Source: a virus (lineage: Duplodnaviria; Heunggongvirae; Uroviricota; Caudoviricetes). Taken from it: a stretch of 64,000 nucleotides of DNA. The stretch lies in the IMG/VR virus record IMGVR_UViG_3300006143_000285; one strand, 5' to 3'. The number at the start of each line of letters is the position of its first letter. The stretch's first letter is position 1. The position numbers were made by a program, and so were the translations under genes. Of this stretch, positions 56,662 to 64,000 are shown in pieces. A model generated the notes under the pieces. The model saw only the letters and a program-made list of their open reading frames with translations. It was not told the origin of the DNA and ran no database searches.

Positions 56662-59600
56662 ATGCAGGAATATCAGGTTCAATATCACATAGAGGTTTTC
56701 TCTTCTCCTGCAATTGAAGCGATTAACAAATTTAAGACTGCTTTAACGAGTTTGTCTGGTGCTGGAAAACATTTGACAGAATTGCAGCGTCAAGTCAAAA
56801 GCGTTAATGACACACTTGCAGGTCTTCGTAAGCAACAATTGCAACTTAATACAGCCCACGCTAAAGAGCAATTAAATGAATTGCTTGTTATAGCGCGTGA
56901 GCTAAAGGCTACTTTGGCTGGTACTACAATGGGGCCAGTACGAGGTGGTCGTGGCAGTCGTACTACAACATCTGGACAACAGACTACGGCTCCAATGGCT
57001 GCTGGCTATGTAGGCAAAACTGAACATTCCCCACTCACGCCTCATGGGATGCGTAAAATGTCTATGGCCGCACTCGATGAACGTTATCCATACGGATGGA
57101 GCCCACGAGCTAAACAAGCATGGGCATCACACCATTACCCTAATAGTACGCCATCGGCCAGAGAATTGAAAAGAATAGATGCTCAGGCCCGACTTGAAAA
57201 CCAAGAGCGTTATCGACAGCAAAAACTTGAACGTGCCGCATACAATGAACGTCTTAGGGCATATCGTGCGGAAGACATTCAACGTAGGTGGGATGCGAGA
57301 CGTGCCGCCAGAACTCCTGAAGCTCTTGCTGAGAAAGCTGCCCGTCAAGCACGACGTTTGGAATATCTACGAAGCAATCGTGATGCCATATTAGCACGTC
57401 ATGGAATCACTCCAGAAATGCGAAATGCTCCAATTGCATCGACTCCTGATGGCAAATACATTCCGCCAACCCAATCAACTGCTCGATGGAGACCGTCTGG
57501 TGCTCGAAATGCTTATGGGTCACGCACATCCTATACTCCACGTCAATTTTGGAGTGCAAAGCCAAATAATCTAACATATAAATTGTTAGGCCCAACACCT
57601 CTGCCTAATAATGGCGGAATGGCGATAGATATGCTCAAAGGCATGGGAATTGCCTATGGAATTGCTGGCATTGGTTCGATGTTTTCAAATATTGTCACTC
57701 AGTCTGCTGAATACGACAATACCATGAAAACAGTTGAGAACATCCTAAAATCTCATGATCAACAGGGCAATTTCAGTGGTCGATTCGCTGGGATGACAAA
57801 CACAATCCGCAATGTGGGCATGGAAACCAAGTACACTATTACGGAAGTGGCTGACGCGGCAAAATTCCTTGCAATGGCCGGTCTAAAAGTAGATGCTATT
57901 AATCAAGCTATTAGACCGATTGCGGATATAGCATTGGTGGGTGACACCGATTTAGGGGAAACAGCAGACTTGGTAACAAACATTATGACAGCGTACAACA
58001 TCCATCCGTCCCAGATGAGGCGTACTGCTGACATAATGACCAATACATTCACTATGTCCAATACAACATTGACTGAAATTGCTGAAGCCTATAAATATTC
58101 AGCAGCCCTTTTGTCTGCTGGTGGCGTTGATTTTAAAGAATCTGCGGCGGCAATTGGTGTTTTGGGAGATGCGGGTATAAAAGGTTCTCAGGCAGGTACT
58201 ACTATGCGTACTTTGTTGGCAAATATATTGAACCCAACCAAAAAGCAAAGAGCGGCTTGGGATGAAGTTGGTATCAAAACTGAAGGCAAATCATTGGTTC
58301 AAATATTTCAACAGCTACACGATAACAATGTGTCTGTGGATCAATTCTACCGATTGTTCCATAAGACTGCTGCACAAGGAGCAGTGGCACTTGCTGACCA
58401 TGTAACCAAATGGAACGAAGTTATTATTGAAAACTTCTTATCTGATGGCATGTCATCTAAACTTGCTGATGAAAAGAAAAACACTTTACAAGGTCTATGG
58501 GCACAATTGACTTCAGTGTTTACTGACGATGGTGTTAAAGCCTTTAGTGGCATACAAGGAACTATCCGTGAGTTTTTAAAATCAACCATCAATTTTTTAA
58601 AGACACAACGAGCACAAGAAATGTTCCAAGAAATGTTCAAAACATTTGTGGAATTTGGTAAAATTATAGTAGGTGTGTCTAAAAAATTCTATGGAATGTG
58701 GGAGCTCTTTAAGCCATTAATTATGGCTTGGGCTAAATTCTCATTGATGATATGGCCGGTGGTAAAGGGTCTCGCTGCGTTTAAGACTATCATATTAAGT
58801 TTACAAGCAATTAAAGGTGTTGCGGCGGGTATCACATCTTTATCAGCTGCTATGTGGAAACTTAATGGTGCTATGACCGGTGGCGCGGCTGTTGGTTCTG
58901 TTGCAAATGGAGGCAAGGCTTTATATGGTGGGCCTTTGGGCTTCCTCGGAGGTGTTACACATGCCCAAAAAGCCAAGGCTATGCGAGGATTGGAATTGCG
59001 CAGACCACATCTGATGTATGCCGATATGGGCTCTCCTTTAGAAGCTGAGGCTAACGCATGGAATGCAGCAGCAGTTGCCCAATACAAGAAACATCGTAAA
59101 ATATACAACCGTAGATTAGCCCGTGCGCAGGCATGGAATGCAACCAAATCTGTTGGAGGAAGTCTTATTGGCGGTCTTGGCATTAGTGCTGGAATTGCTC
59201 AAATTACTCGTGAAGATGCAACTACCGAAGATCAAATATCTGGTGGGCTATATGGGGCCGCTGGTGTTGCAGCAATGGTTGGTGGGCCTTGGGGATGGGG
59301 CGCAGCAGCGGTTTTGGGTATAGCCGGTGGTATCATGCAATATTTAGGACATCTGGAAAGAGTCAAACAAGTTGTAGATGGATTCAAAAATTTCGCAGAA
59401 AGTAACAAAATAGCTAACGGTGTCATCACGAATTCCTCAGACACCACCATGCGTTATCTGAACCTTATATATAATAAACAAGATGACATTAACGGATTAA
59501 TTCAAGGCCGTCTTGATATGTATAGGGAGTTACTTGGTTTGAAAGCCCAAGAATCTATAAATAGTGCAAGTGGAGCGTTCAAAGAGAAGCGAGACAGTAT

Positions 59601-61206
59601 TCTTGATATGGGAGGGAGAGATAAACATGATAGTCTTATTTCCATGTTCTCTCAATGGGGGTCTAAAAATCGACTTGGGCTTGAACATATCACTCATGGT
59701 AATTATCAATATCGTATAGGGTCTGGTGATAATAGTATAATATATAATTATCGCAATCCATTTGGTCATGTAGATAAGGCATTAGCTAATGATGCTGCTG
59801 CAACATTTGAGTTAATAAACGGTGATTTTTATACTCAAAGAGTGGCTGACATAACTGCTGGTGTCAAGAGAAGGCTATTGCTCGGACAAACAAAATCAGA
59901 ATGGAATTCTTTTTGGGACTTTTATCGTTCTGAAAATGACCCCAGCAAACTAAAAGGACTCATTCGTCCCGATCAGTTTAATGAAAATGAATATCAGCTG
60001 AACAACTGGTCGTATGACCGTATGCTCAACTCATATGTCGCTCGAACTGAAGTGTGGGAACAGCTTGAACAAGTGGTGCAACCAATGAAAACCGCTATAA
60101 ATAATTTCCTCGATGCAAAAGAAGGCAATTATTTAACAGAAGGCCACATTGTTGATTTGTTGAAAAACGGATTGGTTAATGGTTCTGGCGCATCTATCTC
60201 AAACTATGATCCAACCAATATTGGTGACTGGTATCATTCGTTTGGCTTCTGGGATAACACTTTCCATGAATATAGGGGGGCCGATGCTCAATCAAATGCT
60301 CAGACAGCCTTGAAAGCTATGCAAGATATTCAAGAAGCACTTCGCCTTTTGAAACTTGATAGCAGTCCAGCAGCAGAATCTTTAATGACATTTACCAATG
60401 CCTTGATTGGACAAGCTCAGGCGTTCTTAGGAACTGGCGAAGACATAGTTGGGGAATTTGATAACCAGATTAAACAATTTGGCAATCTTACCCTTCAGTG
60501 GGACGCTTCTAAGGGTGTTTGGAATCAAATAGTGAATGATAATGTACTGTATGTCTCGACATTGTCCAGCAATTTTGGTTCCTTAAATAACTCTATTTGG
60601 AATTTAGGTGCAACTATAGGAGGCTACAATTGGACTAGTATGTGGAATAGTATGCTGCCACGTTTCAATACAACTTCATTTAGTGGATTTTCGTTCACCC
60701 CGGGATTGAATTATAATGGAAGTACATTAAGTAACAGCATTTCTATAGGAAGCAGCAACTTCGGATCAACCGGTTTATTTAATTCGCCTTGGTCTGTTCC
60801 AACTTTGAATTTTGGCTCTGGCTTAAATACTGGCTTCAATTTATTTAATAGAAGCAATGGATTGGGGTGGAAGACCAATAAAGCATTTTCCACATTATCG
60901 TATACACCAAGTCAAGTTGGTGCATTGATTGGCAATAAAGGTGCTGGTGACTATACCAATATTGATGGAGGTGCTAATGACTTAAGGAAAGGTCAACATG
61001 ACTATAATAATGATTATAAATCAAATTATAAGAATAATTCAGCTGCCCCTAAACAAGTAATTGTGAATATTGAAAATCTAATGAATGTTGACAAGGTAGA
61101 TTTATCTAATGCCGATAATCAAGCTGTAGTTACACAGCTAAAAGAACAAATGGCACAAGCATTAATTGATGTCGTACATGATTTTGATGAAACTTGGCAT
61201 GGTTAA
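56662..61206 (+). CDS. tail tape measure protein
   Basis: 1514 aa. N-terminal coiled coils. TMP core signature (...ADAAKFLAMAGLKVDAI...TEIAEAYKYSAALLSAGGVDFKESAAAIGVLGDAGIKGSQAGTTMRTLLANI). Gly/Ser/Asn-rich C-terminal region. Confidence 0.7.
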   Translation: MQEYQVQYHIEVFSSPAIEAINKFKTALTSLSGAGKHLTELQRQVKSVNDTLAGLRKQQLQLNTAHAKEQLNELLVIARELKATLAGTTMGPVRGGRGSRTTTSGQQTTAPMAAGYVGKTEHSPLTPHGMRKMSMAALDERYPYGWSPRAKQAWASHHYPNSTPSARELKRIDAQARLENQERYRQQKLERAAYNERLRAYRAEDIQRRWDARRAARTPEALAEKAARQARRLEYLRSNRDAILARHGITPEMRNAPIASTPDGKYIPPTQSTARWRPSGARNAYGSRTSYTPRQFWSAKPNNLTYKLLGPTPLPNNGGMAIDMLKGMGIAYGIAGIGSMFSNIVTQSAEYDNTMKTVENILKSHDQQGNFSGRFAGMTNTIRNVGMETKYTITEVADAAKFLAMAGLKVDAINQAIRPIADIALVGDTDLGETADLVTNIMTAYNIHPSQMRRTADIMTNTFTMSNTTLTEIAEAYKYSAALLSAGGVDFKESAAAIGVLGDAGIKGSQAGTTMRTLLANILNPTKKQRAAWDEVGIKTEGKSLVQIFQQLHDNNVSVDQFYRLFHKTAAQGAVALADHVTKWNEVIIENFLSDGMSSKLADEKKNTLQGLWAQLTSVFTDDGVKAFSGIQGTIREFLKSTINFLKTQRAQEMFQEMFKTFVEFGKIIVGVSKKFYGMWELFKPLIMAWAKFSLMIWPVVKGLAAFKTIILSLQAIKGVAAGITSLSAAMWKLNGAMTGGAAVGSVANGGKALYGGPLGFLGGVTHAQKAKAMRGLELRRPHLMYADMGSPLEAEANAWNAAAVAQYKKHRKIYNRRLARAQAWNATKSVGGSLIGGLGISAGIAQITREDATTEDQISGGLYGAAGVAAMVGGPWGWGAAAVLGIAGGIMQYLGHLERVKQVVDGFKNFAESNKIANGVITNSSDTTMRYLNLIYNKQDDINGLIQGRLDMYRELLGLKAQESINSASGAFKEKRDSILDMGGRDKHDSLISMFSQWGSKNRLGLEHITHGNYQYRIGSGDNSIIYNYRNPFGHVDKALANDAAATFELINGDFYTQRVADITAGVKRRLLLGQTKSEWNSFWDFYRSENDPSKLKGLIRPDQFNENEYQLNNWSYDRMLNSYVARTEVWEQLEQVVQPMKTAINNFLDAKEGNYLTEGHIVDLLKNGLVNGSGASISNYDPTNIGDWYHSFGFWDNTFHEYRGADAQSNAQTALKAMQDIQEALRLLKLDSSPAAESLMTFTNALIGQAQAFLGTGEDIVGEFDNQIKQFGNLTLQWDASKGVWNQIVNDNVLYVSTLSSNFGSLNNSIWNLGATIGGYNWTSMWNSMLPRFNTTSFSGFSFTPGLNYNGSTLSNSISIGSSNFGSTGLFNSPWSVPTLNFGSGLNTGFNLFNRSNGLGWKTNKAFSTLSYTPSQVGALIGNKGAGDYTNIDGGANDLRKGQHDYNNDYKSNYKNNSAAPKQVIVNIENLMNVDKVDLSNADNQAVVTQLKEQMAQALIDVVHDFDETWHG

Positions 61207-61228
61207 AAACTAATCAATAAGCAATATA

Positions 61229-61266
61229 AAAGGCAGTTCGATGAATTTGAGCTGCCTTTTATCTTA
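61229..61266 (+). terminator. rho-independent terminator after the tape measure gene
   Basis: aaaaggcagttcg..gagctgcctttt hairpin followed by TTTTATCTT. Confidence 0.65.
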
Positions 61267-61303
61267 TATATAATCCAACAGCTATTCTTCATAAACGAAG
61301 ATA

Positions 61304-62884
61304 ATGGCAAATGGATTAAAAGCACCAAAACAACTGACGATTCAATTTAAGCCATCTCCGAAACAATATGAATTGTGGAAACTGCTCCAGCCAGACTTTT
61401 GTCCTCATTGTGGCGGACATATAATTCAAGTTCAAATCGGATATGACTATAAAGGCAACCCTCAGTATAAGCCACAATGTAATAAATGTGGTTCTCAAAA
61501 TCTCCCGCAGCTAATTTTGGGAGGTGGAGCCGCTGGTGGTGGCAAATCATACATTGGCAGTTGTTGGATTATAAGTAGTTGTATGCGGTTCCCTGATTTG
61601 AGAGCCGTAATCGCTCGTAAGACTATTAAGTCTTTGAAGGAGTCAACTTTCAATACCATTAAGACTGTGATGAAGCAATGGGGGTTGAAAGAAGGTGAAA
61701 ACTATAAGATCAATAACCTTGAAGGTATTGTAACATTCTGGAATGGCTCGACAATTCTATTGAAAGAACTTGAAGATTTGCCTTCAGATAGCAATTTTGA
61801 ACGACTGGGTTCATCAGAGTGGACCATCGGTTTTGTGGATGAGGTTTCTGAAATTTCTGAACGAGCAATTGAAGTATTGTTTTCACGTCTTCGTTGGAAG
61901 ACTCACGAAACATTCAAGGTTCCTCGGCTATTGATGACAACCAACCCTTGTATAACTTGGGTTCGTTCAAGATTTGTTCAAGATGATGAAGGTAATGCAA
62001 TCGTATGTAAAGAGGGTGAGGCGTATGTTCCATTTTCAGTATTTGATAATCCGGACATTGCTTTCCGACAAATATATGAAGCATCGCTAAATAAAATTAC
62101 AGACCCGGCTGTAAAGGCTCGCCTATTATATGGCAACTGGGATTATGTTGATTCAAATGACGCAGCTGCTTACTACAACTTTAACGGTGAAAAGCATCTG
62201 GTTGATGGGCTTCGTGAAAAAGTATATGATCCACTGAAGCCACTGATTATTAGCTGGGACTTCAACGTTGCGCCTTTCATGTCGTCATTGGCTATTCAGG
62301 TTGATTATGACAACAAGAAATTGTATGTACTGGAGGAAATCTTGGGGAAGCCTGAAGATAAGGAGAATAACACTCCAAAGCTCGCTGACAAGTTGAGTCA
62401 AAAGTATCTAACCGAAAGACACATGGGTGGTCTATTAGTAACTGGAGACCCTGCTGGTCTTGCGCGTTCCACTCAGACCGAGGAAGGGGTTAACAATTAT
62501 ACAATAATCTTATCTCATTTGAATCCGGCATTAAGAGCACAAAAGAAATTGCTGTCTAAACAACCCTCTCAGGTTGCTCGACTGGATTTTATAAATAAGC
62601 TCCTGACTGGCTATGAGGGGTGGGAAATACAAATTGATATGAGATGCAGACGCTTGACTGAAGACTTAATTTATCAGAAGAAAAATGAAGATGGCACTAA
62701 AAATAAGTCAAAAGTAACTGATCCAAAACTGGGTATCAAATATGAAAAGTACGGACACCTTTCAGATGCTCTGGATTATGCGATTTGTTTGTTGCTTTCT
62801 CAGGCATGGAATAAATTCCAGCGTCATGGAACTTATGGTATATCTACTGTTCACACACCTATATATGGCGATTTTGGGTATTAA
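61304..62884 (+). CDS. terL: terminase large subunit
   Basis: 526 aa. Walker A GGGAAGGGKSYIG, a Zn-ribbon-like N-terminus (CPHCGG...CNKCGS), and a C-terminal nuclease-like region with conserved acidic residues. Confidence 0.8.
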   Translation: MANGLKAPKQLTIQFKPSPKQYELWKLLQPDFCPHCGGHIIQVQIGYDYKGNPQYKPQCNKCGSQNLPQLILGGGAAGGGKSYIGSCWIISSCMRFPDLRAVIARKTIKSLKESTFNTIKTVMKQWGLKEGENYKINNLEGIVTFWNGSTILLKELEDLPSDSNFERLGSSEWTIGFVDEVSEISERAIEVLFSRLRWKTHETFKVPRLLMTTNPCITWVRSRFVQDDEGNAIVCKEGEAYVPFSVFDNPDIAFRQIYEASLNKITDPAVKARLLYGNWDYVDSNDAAAYYNFNGEKHLVDGLREKVYDPLKPLIISWDFNVAPFMSSLAIQVDYDNKKLYVLEEILGKPEDKENNTPKLADKLSQKYLTERHMGGLLVTGDPAGLARSTQTEEGVNNYTIILSHLNPALRAQKKLLSKQPSQVARLDFINKLLTGYEGWEIQIDMRCRRLTEDLIYQKKNEDGTKNKSKVTDPKLGIKYEKYGHLSDALDYAICLLLSQAWNKFQRHGTYGISTVHTPIYGDFGY

Positions 62885-62886
62885 TA

Positions 62887-63909
62887 ATGTATAAACGATT
62901 TTTAAATAACGCAGACTATTTGGGCATTGTCACCGAAGAAGCACTTGGCCAGCTAATTCGTGACAAGGAGATACGTCTGGCACAGGCGGAAGAAGCCGCT
63001 GAAGAATCCATATTGGAATATTTGACTGAGAATTATATGGTCGAAGAAGCCTTGGATGTTGGTAAAAATCTTGCTGAATACAATCGACAGATTACTTATC
63101 CTGTGGGAGCCCATTTCTATCACGATGGTAAAATTTACAAGACTATTCGGACTATCAATGGTTACAAAGCCCCAGCCAATTTGGAATACTGGATGGAATT
63201 CAACGGACTCATTCAAGATGAAGAAGCTGTACCATTTTATACTCAGCGTGGTAGTTATATGCCGGGGGACATTGTGCGATTTGCCAATACATTTTTCCAG
63301 TGCATAGAATATAACGGCATTGACTATGATAATGTGAGAGCACCGGGTGTTAACGGTTGGGAAAAAGTTGAAGCAGCTCCTTGGATTGTAAATATGACAT
63401 ATATGCCGTGGGAAGTGGTAAGCTACAACGGCCTGTTTTACGCCCTCATAAGCCAAGAAAATACAGATTGGAATACAAACCCTCACGACAATGACAACTG
63501 GGGCTTAATCGGCTCGTATGACCCTTCTATTAACACCTATGAATTGTCCTCTACCGAATATGTGGAATATAATGGTGAAGTCTTCTATCCCGTCATTAAT
63601 CCTAATGCAGACGAATTGAAAGAGAATTTCAATATCATCCTACATGATCCTCGTAATGGCAATTTGAAGAAACACATTCTCAGGATAGCAGTGTACGAGC
63701 TGCATAAGCTGATTTCGCCTAATAATGTAAGCCAAGCTCGTATCACTGACTATGAAACTTCGATTCTTTGGTTGAGGGATGCTTCTCGCCTAAAAATCAA
63801 TCCTCAGATTCCACGAAAATTGGGGCCAGACAAGAAGCCGGTTTCAGATATAGTAGTGTCTACATTCATGCGGAGTTATGACCCCAATCAGAATCCTTGG
63901 CAAATATAA
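62887..63909 (+). CDS. hypothetical protein following terL
   Basis: 340-aa, aromatic-rich (W/Y/N) ORF. Function unknown. Confidence 0.3.
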   Translation: MYKRFLNNADYLGIVTEEALGQLIRDKEIRLAQAEEAAEESILEYLTENYMVEEALDVGKNLAEYNRQITYPVGAHFYHDGKIYKTIRTINGYKAPANLEYWMEFNGLIQDEEAVPFYTQRGSYMPGDIVRFANTFFQCIEYNGIDYDNVRAPGVNGWEKVEAAPWIVNMTYMPWEVVSYNGLFYALISQENTDWNTNPHDNDNWGLIGSYDPSINTYELSSTEYVEYNGEVFYPVINPNADELKENFNIILHDPRNGNLKKHILRIAVYELHKLISPNNVSQARITDYETSILWLRDASRLKINPQIPRKLGPDKKPVSDIVVSTFMRSYDPNQNPWQI

Positions 63910-64000
63910 GATATATGTATTGTTGTTGTTCTCGCGTAGTTAATCGAGTAGGAGGTAAACACTAATCGCAGGTGTTTAGCTCCTGCTTTCGTGTTTACCG

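Noticed and set aside
56902-60893. Short minus-strand or overlapping ORFs inside the tape measure and terminase genes
   Set aside because: They lie within long, well-supported ORFs on the opposite strand or frame and have no independent signals.

Overview
This window reads as roughly 64 kb of a large tailed phage genome, with a contractile-tail gene set and no rRNA or host housekeeping genes.

The host is probably Bacteroidetes. Bacteroides-type promoter elements recur upstream of gene starts: a -7 TAnnTTTG box, most often as TTAACTTTGC, with a -33 TTTG.

Layout:
- 400..12747, minus strand: a virion module. In transcription order it runs portal, Mu-F-like minor head protein, prohead protease fused to a scaffold, major capsid, tail sheath, tail tube, then likely baseplate and tail proteins.
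- 12991..48733, plus strand: early and accessory genes. These include dUTPase, a Bro-N/KilAC antirepressor, an NAD-dependent DNA ligase, a small FimB/FimE-like tyrosine recombinase, XRE and wHTH regulators, and many small Zn-ribbon, acidic or unknown ORFs. A reverse transcriptase is followed by 1.3 kb of ORF-free, hairpin-dense DNA. An M42/M28-like peptidase and an RNase H are also present.
- 24.6..25.4 kb: a 1.6 kb ORF-free divergent region with iteron-like repeats, a candidate origin or regulatory hub.
- 41861..43091: an IS481-like insertion sequence with higher GC than the phage.
- 49.0..52.8 kb: about 21 tRNA genes, including two atypical ones and a structured non-tRNA spacer. Small ORFs are interspersed.
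- 53.2..56.3 kb: a putative counter-defence island. A NAMPT-family enzyme and a PRPP-synthetase-like enzyme (resembling the phage NAD+-reconstitution pair NARP1) sit next to a tandem DUF2829/Tad2-like signal-sponge protein.
- 56662..62884: a 1514-aa tape measure protein and the large terminase.

The two loci I rate most interesting are the non-DGR RT with its downstream structured RNA region, and the NAD+ reconstitution plus Tad2-like cluster.
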